Shown here: piece after piece, positions 1 through 9,497 of the stretch | Layout of the letters: each line of letters starts with the position of its first letter | How positions within the stretch are numbered: the first letter of the stretch is position 1 | Virus record (IMG/VR): IMGVR_UViG_2541047944_000004 | Span: 1-49,477 of that record | Direction: 5' to 3' (one strand) | Source of the DNA: a virus | Taxonomy: Duplodnaviria > Heunggongvirae > Uroviricota > Caudoviricetes | Length of the DNA: 49,477 bases | The notes under the pieces: generated by a model | Databases searched by the model: none | Seen by the model: the letters and a program-made list of their open reading frames with translations, nothing else | Told to the model about the DNA's origin: nothing | Made by a program: the position numbers and the translations under genes

Positions 1-1236
1 CTACGATAACCGCGCATTCAACATAGCTACCTGTTCGTCGTTCATGTCATCAATCCACATACCGTAAATTTCATACACCATCTGCGCAGTTTCATGCCCC
101 ATCTGGCTGGCTATAAATGCCGGGTTCGCTCCTGCCGTCAACAGCCAGCAGGCAAAAGTATGTCGCGTATGGTACGGATTACGGCGGCGAATACCAGCAC
201 GTTTTACAGCTGCATTCCATCTCGCACCCAAACTGCTTACCGAGTAATAAGGTTTCTGTTTTCCGTTACACATCCTGGGCATGAAAACAAAATGCAGTTT
301 TTGCTTTTCGGTTCTGCCGTACTCCCGATGATAAAAAGTGATTTCGCTTTTGCGATGATGCCCGGTCAGTTTGTATTGCTCTTTCAGTGCTTCAAGAGCA
401 GGCTGTAGTAGTGTTACCGTCCGGATCCCCGCATTTGTTTTTGGGGGACCGAACATATCAAGTATCGTCAGGTTTCTTCTGACATTCACAATTCCCTTCT
501 CGAAATCCACATCCTCCCACGCCAGAGCAGCCAGTTCCCCGTGACGAAGCCCGGAGTAAACGGCAAATTTCCACAAGTTCTGGCTCTGTCCTTTTTCACT
601 TTCCATTAATGCATTGAATTCTGTTTTAGATAACGGATCAGGCTTTATTCTGTTTCGCTGTAATTTTTTTACTCCTTCAAATGGTTTGGTTGATATAAAT
701 CCCGACTGATATGCAAAACGTAACAACGAACAGAGCAGGGCGATATAGTTATCAACTGTGCGCACAGTTCTTCCTTTTTTGTTGGATCTTGGATTATCCA
801 GGTAAAGCGTTTCTCCATGCAGCAGTTCATTCCGATAGTTTAAGATATCGCTATAACGAATATGTGATATTGGGGTGCTCTCAAAAATTATTATTCTGAG
901 TGTTTTTAATTGTGATTTCGTTTTCTTCATTGTGTTTGTTGTTAACTCTGTCTCTTTAATTTTTGTCCAGATATCACAAAGCTCCCCGAACGTTTTTATG
1001 ATCCTCGTTGTCACCATTTTTGCCCCAGTGCTGGACTGGGGAAAACGCCTTAAATACTCAAATTCACCGGAGTTGATTTCATGAACTATCAACGCTCTTA
1101 AATTCCCGGCCTTTTTAATGTTACTGTTAGTTACCTCCCAGCCTTTCAGTGTTTCCCGACATCGTTTTCCTCGAAACATGAACCAGATGCGAATGTATTT
1201 ACCCCGAATCTCGACACCTGTTGGTAATTTAGACAT
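1..1236 (-). CDS. int: Tyrosine recombinase / phage integrase
   Basis: 411-aa ORF; C-terminal catalytic region with HTRHT...Y motif typical of lambda-family integrases; stop codon at window position 1-3. Confidence 0.9.
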   Translation of the reverse strand: MSKLPTGVEIRGKYIRIWFMFRGKRCRETLKGWEVTNSNIKKAGNLRALIVHEINSGEFEYLRRFPQSSTGAKMVTTRIIKTFGELCDIWTKIKETELTTNTMKKTKSQLKTLRIIIFESTPISHIRYSDILNYRNELLHGETLYLDNPRSNKKGRTVRTVDNYIALLCSLLRFAYQSGFISTKPFEGVKKLQRNRIKPDPLSKTEFNALMESEKGQSQNLWKFAVYSGLRHGELAALAWEDVDFEKGIVNVRRNLTILDMFGPPKTNAGIRTVTLLQPALEALKEQYKLTGHHRKSEITFYHREYGRTEKQKLHFVFMPRMCNGKQKPYYSVSSLGARWNAAVKRAGIRRRNPYHTRHTFACWLLTAGANPAFIASQMGHETAQMVYEIYGMWIDDMNDEQVAMLNARLS

Positions 1237-1237
1237 A

Positions 1238-1453
1238 TCATGAGTCTTTGATAAACTGATTTATCTTCGGATAGTTGTACCAGATAATCCCTCGCTTGCT
1301 GTCTGGCTTACCTAAAGGAGATACTCGTTTGAAGTGAAAGCCTTCCACCCAGCAATTCTGACGGTATGCTTCAATTTGTCTGGCCCCCAGACCAGTACGA
1401 AGCATCAGACCGTATTCAACCATCCACTCTTCATTAAAAATCACTTGTGCCAT
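1238..1453 (-). CDS. xis: Excisionase-like protein
   Basis: Small ORF immediately upstream of int, stop overlaps int start; sequence ([35 protein letters not shown]...) matches my recollection of enterobacterial prophage excisionases; start chosen at ATG 1453 with AGGTG upstream. Confidence 0.6.
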   Translation of the reverse strand: MAQVIFNEEWMVEYGLMLRTGLGARQIEAYRQNCWVEGFHFKRVSPLGKPDSKRGIIWYNYPKINQFIKDS

Positions 1454-1552
1454 CGCATCACCTCTGGCGGGCGACAATATTAGACTGAAATTGACGCCCG
1501 ACGTTGATTATTAATAATCAGCTATGAAGTTATAATTTGGATATAATGCAAC

Positions 1553-1741
1553 TCACGAGGGCAGAAGTTTCTCGCAATTAAAATTTATCAGCTTTACTTT
1601 CTGCTCTCTGGAAACGCCTGCTTCTTTTTTCCCCGAGAGCATTTTTTCGCATTCCGATTTGGTTAACTTTGTTTTTGAGTACCTTGTCCAGTTAGTAGGA
1701 GTGCCACCTTCCTTTTCAATAGTGGCGGTAATTTTATACAT
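1553..1741 (-). CDS. Hypothetical small protein (62 aa)
   Basis: ORF with strong GGAGG RBS 5 nt upstream of ATG at 1741; overlaps last codons of upstream gene. Confidence 0.5.
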   Translation of the reverse strand: MYKITATIEKEGGTPTNWTRYSKTKLTKSECEKMLSGKKEAGVSREQKVKLINFNCEKLLPS

Positions 1742-1964
1742 GAACACCTCCATTATTATTTCCAGTGGTTCGTTTATTCCATCGTTCGAGTGCTTCTTTT
1801 TCACTTCCACCATAGCCGGTTCGGGATTCGCATCCGTTACACTTCGCGCGGTAATATCCTGAAATGGCTTTCACCGTTACTGATGGACAACCACAAAACG
1901 GACATGGTTTGACTTTTGTGTATCGCACTGGTTTTTCTCCTGTGAGCTTTGTGGCTGCGCTCAT
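1734..1964 (-). CDS. Lar-family restriction alleviation-like zinc-ribbon protein
   Basis: Motif CPFCGC...CNGC in a 76-aa protein; start ATG overlaps exo stop (ATGA). Confidence 0.55.
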   Translation of the reverse strand: MSAATKLTGEKPVRYTKVKPCPFCGCPSVTVKAISGYYRAKCNGCESRTGYGGSEKEALERWNKRTTGNNNGGVHV

Positions 1965-2641
1965 TTCCATTGCTCCCCAAATACAAAACCAATTTCAGCC
2001 AGTGCCTCGTCCATTTTTTCGATGAATTCTGGCACCATCTCGTCAAAACTCGCCATGTACTTTTCATCCCGCTCAACCACGACATAATGCAGGCCTTCAC
2101 GCTTCATACGCGGGTCATAGTTGGCAAAGTACCAGGCATCTTTTTGCGTCACCCACATGCTGTACTGCACCTGGGCCATGTAAGCCGACTTTATGGCCCC
2201 GAAACCACCGAGCCGGAACTTCATGAAATCCCGGGAGGTAAACGGGCATTTCAGTTCAAGGCCGTTACCGTCGTTGCATAAGCCATCGGGAGAGCAGGCG
2301 GTGCGCATAGTCTCGTCACGATAGATGATCGGGGATTCAGTAACATTCACGCCGGAAATGAACTCAAACAGGGCTCTGGCGTCGTTCTCGTACTGTTTTC
2401 CCCAGGCCAGTGCTTTAGCGTTAACTTCCGGGGTCACTCCGGTGCAGACCTCAGCCAGCAGGGTGTGGAAGTAGGACATTTTCATGTCAGGCCATTTCTT
2501 TCCTGAGCGGGGTTTTGCTATCACGTTGTGAACTTCTGAAGCTGTGATGACGCCGAGCCGTAATTTGTGCCACGCATCATCCCCTTGTTTAACAGTTCTC
2601 ACGTCGATTCCTGTACGTTGCAGGATAATGTCAGGAGTCAT
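1961..2641 (-). CDS. exo: Lambda exonuclease (Red-alpha)
   Basis: 226-aa translation near-identical to my recollection of lambda Exo ([15 protein letters not shown]...FVFGEQW). Confidence 0.95.
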   Translation of the reverse strand: MTPDIILQRTGIDVRTVKQGDDAWHKLRLGVITASEVHNVIAKPRSGKKWPDMKMSYFHTLLAEVCTGVTPEVNAKALAWGKQYENDARALFEFISGVNVTESPIIYRDETMRTACSPDGLCNDGNGLELKCPFTSRDFMKFRLGGFGAIKSAYMAQVQYSMWVTQKDAWYFANYDPRMKREGLHYVVVERDEKYMASFDEMVPEFIEKMDEALAEIGFVFGEQWK

Positions 2642-3417
2642 GCTGCCACCTTCTGCTCTGCGGCTTTCCGTTTCAGGAATCCAAGAGTTTTCACTGCTTC
2701 GGTCTGCGTCAGTTCTGATGATGCGCGAATGTCGCGGCGAAGTATCTGGGAACAGAGCGGCAATAAGTCGTCATCCCATGTTTTATCCAGGGCGATCAGC
2801 AGAGCGTTAATCTCCTGCATGGTTTCATCGTTAACCGGAGTGATGTCGCGTTCCGGCTGACTTTCTGATGCGGTATTTTCGACAATGCGCTCGGCTTCAT
2901 CCTTGTCATAGATACCAGCAAATCCGAAGGCTAGACGGGCACACTGAATCATGGCTTTATGCCGTAACATCCGTTTGGGGTGCGACTGCCACGGCCCCGT
3001 AACTTCTTTGCCTTCGCGGGTTTTGAATGGTTCGCGGCGGCACTCATCCATCCACTCGGTAACGCAGATCGGATGATTGCGGTCCTTGCGGTAAATCCGG
3101 CATGTACAGGATTCATTGTCCTGCTCAAAGTCCATACCATCAAACTGCTGGTTTTCATTGATGATGCGGGACCAGCCATCAACGCCCACCACCGGAACGA
3201 TACCATTCTGCTTATCAGGGAAGGCGTAAATCTCTTTCGTCCACGGATTAAGACCGTACTGGTTGGCGACGATCAGCAGCGCGATGAATTGCGCATCGCT
3301 GGCATTGCCTTTAAATGCTGTCTGGCGAAGAGTGGCGAGCAGTTCCTGCGGGTCGACAGTATCCATGCCGACACGTTCAGCCAGCTTCCCGGCCAGCGTT
3401 GCGAGTGCTGTACTCAT
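2638..3417 (-). CDS. bet: Recombinase Bet (Red-beta, single-strand annealing protein)
   Basis: 259-aa translation near-identical to recollected lambda Bet ([18 protein letters not shown]...KAAEQKVAA); ATGA overlap with exo. Confidence 0.95.
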   Translation of the reverse strand: MSTALATLAGKLAERVGMDTVDPQELLATLRQTAFKGNASDAQFIALLIVANQYGLNPWTKEIYAFPDKQNGIVPVVGVDGWSRIINENQQFDGMDFEQDNESCTCRIYRKDRNHPICVTEWMDECRREPFKTREGKEVTGPWQSHPKRMLRHKAMIQCARLAFGFAGIYDKDEAERIVENTASESQPERDITPVNDETMQEINALLIALDKTWDDDLLPLCSQILRRDIRASSELTQTEAVKTLGFLKRKAAEQKVAA

Positions 3418-3422
3418 TCGTT

Positions 3423-3722
3423 TTATACCTCTGAATCAATATCAACCTGGTGACGCGCAATGGTTTCAACCATGTACCGGATGTGCTCCGCCACGCGTTC
3501 CTGAAATTCAACATCGTCATCAAATGCGCGACTGATTGCCTGTTTGCTGGCACCGTGGCGTTGCAAATGGTCGATGCAGAGCGATTCAAACAGGTGCTGG
3601 GGCAGACCTTTTTCCAGGTCGTCCGCCAGTTCCGTTTCTTTTTCTTCGCGAACGATCTTCTGGTAGTGGCGTGACCATGCCAGCTCTTCAATGCGATCAA
3701 AAATCGGGCATGTGCTCATCAT
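3423..3722 (-). CDS. gam: Gam, RecBCD inhibitor
   Basis: Translation matches C-terminal 98 aa of lambda Gam ([29 protein letters not shown]...HQVDIDSEV); start may be at internal Met because upstream gene overlaps. Confidence 0.85.
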   Translation of the reverse strand: MMSTCPIFDRIEELAWSRHYQKIVREEKETELADDLEKGLPQHLFESLCIDHLQRHGASKQAISRAFDDDVEFQERVAEHIRYMVETIARHQVDIDSEV

Positions 3723-5712
3723 CTGTTACCCCAAAATTTTCAAGTTTGTTTGCGATCATCATTGCAATACCCGGAATTAATGGCGCTGAGGCTATACCTG
3801 CAGGATTCGCACATAAACCGTAAACCGCCGCAATCACCACTTGTCTTTTCCAGTCGAGTTTTTCTAATGATGAAGCTGCTGCTTCGCCAGTTTCATCACT
3901 GCAATCGCGATGCGGATCGCTGCCAGCATTCTCCTTGTGTGGATGTTCAGCGCCTTCCATTTTCTCCGGCTCATTTTCCCGAACTTCAACCTGATTCTCG
4001 TCATCGAATGTTTCCTGATATATTGCGTCGCCCATCACCGCACCACAGTCAGGGCAGTTATCCCCGCTAGACTGACCGCAGGCATTGCAAACTTTTTCTA
4101 CTTCCTGTTGCGCCACTGGTTCAGGCTGTTTCGTTTCTGGCTCGTTTTGTAACGCATTTGGGCTGTTTTGTTCCGCTTTCTGGTCGTTCTGTTCCGATTC
4201 TTGTTGGTTCTGGTTCACTGAATCGCGGGTTTCAATCCCCTTCACCCATTTCGGATCATTCGGGTCGCTAATCCCCTCAACAAATTCACCACGTGATGCA
4301 GCAAGCAACTTATCGGCATCGACAGGATTTTTTGATGGAATGTTTTTCCGGGCTTCATGGAGTTCTGCCCGCAGTTCTTGATATTTCGCATCAACAGAAT
4401 TTACCTGTGACTGAGCATCCAGCGGCTGCGTGTCCTGATGATGTTCAGTTGCGTCCGGTTCCATTGTTTCAGCCTCTCCCTGTTCATCTGCCGTTGTTCC
4501 AGATGGTTGCGGTTTTTCTTCATCATCCTGTTTTCCTTCTTCTGTTACACGCTGCGGCATCGGGGCAGAGGAACGACCGCAGGCAATATCCACGATTTCC
4601 GGATCAGGGTTGGCATGATCAGTTTCAGTCAGTACTTTGTTCAGATATTCAGTGACGTGCGCGGGGGTGACCTCGATCCCAATTGGTGCTTCTTTCACGG
4701 ACGCAACCACGATGGCGCGGGAATAATCCAGCCCGCCAGGCATGGTGATGAATTTGTCGCGGAAAACAGAAAAGGGCGGTTTATTTTCAGCGATAATTTC
4801 CTCAATGCGTTTAGCGTGTGCCGGATGAAGGTTATAGATGTCCACGTCCATTGAACGGGCAAGTACGCCAGTGGCTACATCGCGTGCCAGTGACGTCAGA
4901 TCGTGGACGAAACCTTCGCCGCGATCGGTGAGGTTCCCGCCGCCAGCATTAGCACCGGAAGCCGTGCGAGTGATGCGTGAAACACGATTTCCTTTCATCC
5001 ACTCTTTTGTCAGCAGACCGCGATCGGTGTAGTCTGCGTCCAGGTATGCTTCGAAAAAAGCAGTCATCAGCCCCAGACTTGAATTGCCTGGATTAGGGAA
5101 AACTTTGTCAGTATCACGAACCAGTCTGTGAAGATCGCGAATCTCCAGCAGGTCGAGCAGGCTGGTTTTGTGGGAAACAGCCAGGGCAGTAACAGCTGGT
5201 AGTTCTTCAGCCCGTGCAATATGTAATGTCTGGAGTTCGTCGCGTGAAACGTGCGTTACCGGTTTTTCGCTGCCGTGTTGAGCAAGCCAGCGAATGGGCA
5301 GCTCTTGGCCAGAAATCGGGAGTAGCATATTCTCCTCAATCTCAGTCATGTCTTCGCCATTAACATTGGTATTGTCAGTGCTGGCTGGTTTGTCCTGCGC
5401 AGAGGATGAGGGCGCGATAAATACCATTGTGATGCCATCTTCCCCGCCTTTTTCGTAACGGTTGCAGAATTCCGTATCAAATACGCCTTCTGGTGGAAGG
5501 TCATCAACAACGGGCAAATTGACGCGAACAGGTTTTTTAAAGTCATCTTCATCGTAGCCAGCATCGTCAATCGCAACAGCACCACGGGAGATGGCAATGG
5601 ATAATTTTTTCGCTTCAGCCCAGTAGAAACCGCCTTTAATACCGAGACGTTTTCTTACTTTGTCATTTTTTGCTTCGTAATACAGTGGGTAAACTTGTTT
5701 ATCGGTGCTCAT
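3697..5712 (-). CDS. Large acidic hypothetical protein (671 aa) with CxxC...CxxC zinc-ribbon and C-terminal hydrophobic segment
   Basis: Long uninterrupted ORF in early-left operon upstream of gam; low-complexity Q/E/D/N-rich centre; CNACG...CPDCG motif; hydrophobic C-terminus. Confidence 0.6.
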   Translation of the reverse strand: MSTDKQVYPLYYEAKNDKVRKRLGIKGGFYWAEAKKLSIAISRGAVAIDDAGYDEDDFKKPVRVNLPVVDDLPPEGVFDTEFCNRYEKGGEDGITMVFIAPSSSAQDKPASTDNTNVNGEDMTEIEENMLLPISGQELPIRWLAQHGSEKPVTHVSRDELQTLHIARAEELPAVTALAVSHKTSLLDLLEIRDLHRLVRDTDKVFPNPGNSSLGLMTAFFEAYLDADYTDRGLLTKEWMKGNRVSRITRTASGANAGGGNLTDRGEGFVHDLTSLARDVATGVLARSMDVDIYNLHPAHAKRIEEIIAENKPPFSVFRDKFITMPGGLDYSRAIVVASVKEAPIGIEVTPAHVTEYLNKVLTETDHANPDPEIVDIACGRSSAPMPQRVTEEGKQDDEEKPQPSGTTADEQGEAETMEPDATEHHQDTQPLDAQSQVNSVDAKYQELRAELHEARKNIPSKNPVDADKLLAASRGEFVEGISDPNDPKWVKGIETRDSVNQNQQESEQNDQKAEQNSPNALQNEPETKQPEPVAQQEVEKVCNACGQSSGDNCPDCGAVMGDAIYQETFDDENQVEVRENEPEKMEGAEHPHKENAGSDPHRDCSDETGEAAASSLEKLDWKRQVVIAAVYGLCANPAGIASAPLIPGIAMMIANKLENFGVTDDEHMPDF

Positions 5713-5811
5713 TGTTTTTTAACCTCAACTCAGATTAAAATTACTGCGAGTGATGAATAAATGTCCCAGGTTCTTCACTCAGGCCTGCACAGTGTGCAGG
5801 CTTTCTTTTTT

Positions 5812-6087
5812 TCAGATTTCACCTTTTAATTTCATTGCAATCAGAGTTGCCAGAAATTCGGCTTTTTTTTCTGCTGGCAGATTCTTTCCTATGTGCACCA
5901 GACACATTTTTTTAACACCATCGTTAAGTGTTTTAACGTTGCCTGATGGACCGTCGATATCAACCACAGTGAATGGGGTTTCTTTATTTTCTGTCTTAAT
6001 CACGTAGCCAATACGCTTTCCTTCTAGGCTGACTTCGTGAACAATGTCATCAGTAGTAACAACAGTGGCTTCATAACTGGTAATCAT
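5812..6087 (-). CDS. Hypothetical early-left protein (91 aa)
   Basis: ATG at 6087 preceded by AAGGAG RBS; position corresponds to Ea10/YdfE region of lambdoid early-left operons. Confidence 0.55.
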   Translation of the reverse strand: MITSYEATVVTTDDIVHEVSLEGKRIGYVIKTENKETPFTVVDIDGPSGNVKTLNDGVKKMCLVHIGKNLPAEKKAEFLATLIAMKLKGEI

Positions 6088-6161
6088 GTTTTTCTCCTTA
6101 ATTAAGGTTGAGCGAATCCCTGCCATTGCTGGCATAAATTCAGTTTCGGATAGTCAGTTAA

Positions 6162-6338
6162 TTAAAGTTCGTGTGCCATCTGGTCTTTTTCGGCACAGAT
6201 TTCACTACAATATTTTTTCATTTCCGTCGTTGGTATAACTCCACGCATGAAATGAAGTGGTCTTGTAATGATTTTGCTTTCTTCAATTTCTTTATTGCAA
6301 AGGTGATAAGCACATTTTATTTTCTTAGTCATTACCAT
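6162..6338 (-). CDS. Small zinc-ribbon protein (58 aa), possibly YdfD-like
   Basis: ORF below the 60-aa track cutoff found by hand: [20 protein letters not shown]...[17 protein letters not shown]; Cys-x-x-His-x-Cys...Cys-x-x-x-Cys pattern; sits downstream of DicF/DicB-like genes. Confidence 0.4.
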   Translation of the reverse strand: MVMTKKIKCAYHLCNKEIEESKIITRPLHFMRGVIPTTEMKKYCSEICAEKDQMAHEL

Positions 6339-6553
6339 GACTCCGCCTTTACAGGTAAACCATCACGACCGAGGAAGACTTTAATCATGCAGTCAGAAAT
6401 GCATGTTTTTGTAGTCAGGCTACGAATATAAAGTTTTCGCTTTTTAATATTGTTTGCCGAGGCGATATATGTCCGACCTTCATGAAGAACATAATCGCCA
6501 GGGGTCACACACTGACGTGGTATTTCATCAGTTCCGAAGTGATGAGCAATCAT
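6332..6553 (-). CDS. Putative DicB-like cell-division inhibitor (73 aa)
   Basis: First gene downstream of DicF-like sRNA (position of dicB in Qin); GGAGA RBS before ATG at 6553; weak similarity to recollected DicB around NNIKKRK. Confidence 0.4.
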   Translation of the reverse strand: MIAHHFGTDEIPRQCVTPGDYVLHEGRTYIASANNIKKRKLYIRSLTTKTCISDCMIKVFLGRDGLPVKAESW

Positions 6554-6715
6554 AATTATCTCCATTTTTACAAATGAATTTTGTCGATGCGGTGCCTGGT
6601 GCCTCCAGGTGACGTTAACCAGTTAACAATTAACGCCGGATAATCCACCCATAACACTGATGCTTTTAACTGTGCCGCGTGCGCTTAGCCGCATTCACCG
6701 CATCACAAAATTCAC

Positions 6716-6779
6716 TTTAAAAAGGGGCGGCAGGGCAGCCACGGAGTAGAACTGATGCCGCTAAAGACTACACACAGCA
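6716..6779 (-). ncRNA. dicF: DicF-like small RNA (ftsZ-targeting) with intrinsic terminator
   Basis: Minus-strand sequence UUUAGCGGCAUCAGUUCUACUCCGUGGCUGCCCUGCCGCCCCUUUUU closely matches recollected E. coli DicF core and its GC hairpin plus U-run; exact 5' end uncertain. Confidence 0.6.
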
Positions 6780-6953
6780 ATGTCGTTATTTACAACCGGA
6801 GGCGCACTCCCACCATTTAAATTTAACAGACAAGACCGACTCTTTATGAATACCGGAAATGCGCCTTCGTGTTGTGCCCGGTTTTATTTCACCACCTCCG
6901 GGCTTTGGTGGTATCTTTACTGAAGTTCTCACACAACCAGTAAGGAAATGAAT

Positions 6954-7244
6954 ATGCCAACGTATCTCGCCAGAGTAGAACTATATAATGCTGAGCCAGA
7001 GGATTACGAAGGGCTTCATAAATATATGCTCTCACTAGGATTCAGGAGAACGATCCCCCATGGAGATGGTTCGTATAATCAACTCCCGGACGGAACTTAT
7101 GTTTCCGAAAAGGGCGGTGATATTTATCAAATTCGCAGCCAGATATCTGACTATGCAGACCTACTATCCAGGTATCGCGCGTCTGTTTTTGTTTGCGAAT
7201 TCAGTCAATGCGCATGGTATTTATACCCCGCCAAGACCCGGTGA
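6954..7244 (+). CDS. Hypothetical protein (96 aa) encoded antisense to the early-left operon
   Basis: ORF with AGGAAA RBS; convergent with and overlapping the 3' end of the minus-strand gene 7221..7424 by 24 nt. Confidence 0.4.
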   Translation: MPTYLARVELYNAEPEDYEGLHKYMLSLGFRRTIPHGDGSYNQLPDGTYVSEKGGDIYQIRSQISDYADLLSRYRASVFVCEFSQCAWYLYPAKTR

Positions 7245-7424
7245 ATATCCTGCACGGCCTTCTGCTTTGTAGAAGGCTTCTTCGCTATCATAATCGCCAG
7301 ATTCCAGTGCTTCTTTAGCCAGCCAGATGCGTGCCCCTGTGCCTGCATTTGGCTCCAGTTGCTGGAGGCGTTTTGCATCTTCCAGGAGTAGAGCGATAAC
7401 GTGTTTTAATTCTGTCTCGTTCAT
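7221..7424 (-). CDS. Small early-left protein (67 aa), YdfB/YdfC-like position
   Basis: ATG at 7424 two nt after stop of upstream gene, AGGTGA RBS; unknown function. Confidence 0.5.
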   Translation of the reverse strand: MNETELKHVIALLLEDAKRLQQLEPNAGTGARIWLAKEALESGDYDSEEAFYKAEGRAGYSPGLGGV

Positions 7425-7425
7425 T

Positions 7426-7581
7426 TTACTCACCTGAATGTCTTCCCAACCAACGACGTGCGCCAGCTTCGGTTTTAAACGTTTTGCTTTTGGTATACGT
7501 CATGGCGGTGAATGTGCCGTCCTGATTGGGAAACACGCCACATACCAGAGATTCGTTGTTGCCAAGATCGATAGTATCCAT
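7426..7581 (-). CDS. YdfA-like protein (DUF1391-type, 51 aa)
   Basis: MDTIDLGNNESLVCGVFPNQDGTFTAMTYTKSKTFKTE... matches recollected Qin prophage YdfA; first gene downstream of the leftward promoter. Confidence 0.6.
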   Translation of the reverse strand: MDTIDLGNNESLVCGVFPNQDGTFTAMTYTKSKTFKTEAGARRWLGRHSGE

Positions 7582-7759
7582 GTTGACCTCATTTCCCCTT
7601 AACGCCGGGTGGCGGAACGTTTTATCTACTGCGCTTTGTATCAATCAACAACTGCCGTCATGTTCGTATGCCTCAGGCTGGCTACTTAGCCCTGTTCAGT
7701 GGCTGGATAACTCGAGGTATTGTCCTGCCGTTCTCTGGTGGGGCGTTGTTTGGATATGC

Positions 7760-7790
7760 TTATTAAACACAATGCGTTTTCTTATGTCAA
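7760..7790 (-). promoter_or_regulatory. Leftward early promoter (pL-like): TTGACA, 17-nt spacer, TTTAAT
   Basis: Read on minus strand: TTGACAtaagaaaacgcattgtgTTTAAT, between repressor terminator and first early-left gene. Confidence 0.45.
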
Positions 7791-7803
7791 CACGAAATGT
7801 GTT
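7789..7803. promoter_or_regulatory. Putative operator, inverted repeat AACAC-N5-GTGTT overlapping the -35 of the leftward promoter
   Basis: aacacgaaatgtgtt; same motif recurs at 8364..8378 in the rightward promoter. Confidence 0.45.
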
Positions 7804-7844
7804 TTGCGGTGAGTGTCATATGATGATGGTACAAAAAAGCCCGC

Positions 7845-7870
7845 TGATAGCGGGCTGATTGGCATATTAC
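7845..7870 (-). terminator. Rho-independent terminator downstream of repressor gene
   Basis: Minus strand: AGCCCGCtatcaGCGGGCT followed by TTTTTTG. Confidence 0.55.
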
Positions 7871-7886
7871 TGTGATAGCAAGATCA

Positions 7887-8306
7887 TTACTCCGGTGGGG
7901 GATTATCTTTAAGCCTGCCTCTCAAATATTTTTCTACATACTCATCGATTTCTTTTAGCCGGACTTCAAATAGCTCAATCATTCGTTGTTGTTCTGAGCC
8001 CGGTAGCTGGTTAAACAACTCAAGAAGTTTTCGTTGGGATTCATTTAACCACAATTCAGAAGATTCCTGTTCTCCAAAGAGGAGCTCAGGGGGAGATATG
8101 CCAAGTGCCTTTCCCAATACGACAGCGTCATGCACTCCAACATTTCTGCTGCCCGCCTCATAGTTACCTATACGCGATTGCGTCCATCCGCAGATTTCAG
8201 CAAGTTTTCCTTGAGATAAACCAAGCTTCTGCCTGCGCTCTTTAAGACGCATTGCAATTTTGTCATTGAGCCTACTAGCGGCAATTTTTTCGTTTTCTTT
8301 TTCCAT
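7887..8306 (-). CDS. Prophage repressor, HTH XRE family (CI/DicA/RacR-like), no S24 peptidase domain
   Basis: N-terminal HTH (LGLSQGKLAEICGWTQSRIGNYEAG), 139 aa; divergent from Cro-like gene; C-terminus lacks Ser-Lys peptidase motifs. Confidence 0.85.
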   Translation of the reverse strand: MEKENEKIAASRLNDKIAMRLKERRQKLGLSQGKLAEICGWTQSRIGNYEAGSRNVGVHDAVVLGKALGISPPELLFGEQESSELWLNESQRKLLELFNQLPGSEQQRMIELFEVRLKEIDEYVEKYLRGRLKDNPPPE

Positions 8307-8317
8307 TGCATCCTTGT

Positions 8318-8332
8318 ATCACGAATCGTGAT
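8318..8332. promoter_or_regulatory. Perfect palindrome ATCACG-AAT-CGTGAT in repressor 5' region
   Basis: Seen directly 12 nt upstream of repressor start codon. Confidence 0.35.
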
Positions 8333-8353
8333 TTACATAAAACACAAAACAGC

Positions 8354-8384
8354 TTGACCATATAACACAAGGTGTGTTTAAAAT
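8354..8384 (+). promoter_or_regulatory. Rightward early promoter (pR-like) with embedded AACAC-N5-GTGTT operator (8364..8378)
   Basis: TTGACC, about 17-nt spacer containing aacacaaggtgtgtt, then TTAAAAT; 19 nt before Cro-like start. Confidence 0.45.
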
Positions 8385-8402
8385 TGTCATCGGAGGTTTT
8401 CA

Positions 8403-8645
8403 ATGAACAAAATTTCAACATATCGAAAACAGCTTGGGTTGTCTCAAAGACAACTCGCTGTTCAGTTAGGGTGGATACAAAGCCGACTGGCAAATTACGA
8501 AGCAAATTTTCGTACCCCAGGACTAGAGGAGTGCAGAAAAATTGTTTCTACCCTTAATCGGCTTGGCGCTCATTGTGGACTTGACGATGTATTCCCCCCA
8601 GACGGTAAGCATAGCGAAAACAGCATAGGAGCGGTTGATTCATGA
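8403..8645 (+). CDS. Cro/YdaS-like HTH protein
   Basis: HTH motif LGLSQRQLAVQLGWIQSRLANYE; first gene of rightward operon, divergent from repressor. Confidence 0.7.
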   Translation: MNKISTYRKQLGLSQRQLAVQLGWIQSRLANYEANFRTPGLEECRKIVSTLNRLGAHCGLDDVFPPDGKHSENSIGAVDS

Positions 8646-9064
8646 AAATCAGGCATGAGCACATCGAATCAGTGTTGTTAGCCCTGGCAGCCGAAAAAGG
8701 GCAGGCGTGGGTCGCTAACGCAATTACTGAAGAATATCTGCGCCAGGGGGGCGGCGAATTGCCCCTGGTACCAGGCAAGGACTGGAACAATCAGCAGAAT
8801 ATCTATCACCGTTGGTTGAAAGGTGAAACGAAAGCGCAAAGGGAAAAAATTCAGAAACTGATCCCTGCGGTTCTGGCAATTCTTCCGCGCGAGCTGCGTC
8901 ACCGACTCTGCATCTTCGATACCCTGGAACGCCGTGCATTACTGGCGGCGCAGGAAGCGTTGAGTACGGCAATTGATGCGCATGATGACGCAGTCCAGGC
9001 CGTTTACCGTAAAGCGCATTTCGGCGGTGGTGGAGCGTCCGACGATTCTGTTGTAGTGCATTGA
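8642..9064 (+). CDS. YdaT-like (CII-like) regulator
   Basis: 140-aa translation closely matches recollected Rac prophage YdaT (MKI.HEHIESVL.ALAAEKGQAWVANAITEEYLRQGGG...); ATGA overlap with upstream gene. Confidence 0.7.
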   Translation: MKIRHEHIESVLLALAAEKGQAWVANAITEEYLRQGGGELPLVPGKDWNNQQNIYHRWLKGETKAQREKIQKLIPAVLAILPRELRHRLCIFDTLERRALLAAQEALSTAIDAHDDAVQAVYRKAHFGGGGASDDSVVVH

Positions 9065-9083
9065 TTGAATAGGGTATCCAATA

Positions 9084-9497
9084 ATGAAAATCAAACCGTA
9101 CATAAATGCCGGAAATCTTACTCCCGGCGAACTACGAGACTGGATCCTGAAACTTGCAAAAAATGCAGAAATTGCGGGTTGGGGTACAGAAACTTCGGTT
9201 CGGAAGCTTCAGAGCGCAGAACTTAGCCTGCGCTCAGTTATGGACGATTTATCCCCAAGAATTAATTTTCTGGGGTCAGAGCAAATAATTCGTTCGGAAG
9301 ATCACTCCAGCGAAGTTGCGGAAGTTCTGAATACTCTGAGGATAACTTTTGCTGCCGTTCGCGATATTCAACGAACCATTCTCTCATTGATTTCTCAGCT
9401 TCAAGAAATTGATAGTCGCATTCCTGACGGGGGTCATAGAGAGCGTCTTCCAGAATGTGAAGAGCAAGGACAGGGGAAACAGATAAGGGATCAGTAA
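9084..9497 (+). CDS. Hypothetical protein (137 aa), conflicts with minus-strand ORF 9262..9717
   Basis: Co-directional with rightward operon but weak RBS; 236-nt overlap with opposite-strand ORF. Confidence 0.35.
   Translation: MKIKPYINAGNLTPGELRDWILKLAKNAEIAGWGTETSVRKLQSAELSLRSVMDDLSPRINFLGSEQIIRSEDHSSEVAEVLNTLRITFAAVRDIQRTILSLISQLQEIDSRIPDGGHRERLPECEEQGQGKQIRDQ

Noticed and set aside
94-408. 104-aa plus-strand ORF inside the integrase gene
   Set aside because: Antisense to the integrase catalytic domain coding region; no RBS.
6171-6431. 86-aa plus-strand ORF opposite the small early-left genes
   Set aside because: Antisense to two minus-strand genes with good RBSs; no start context.
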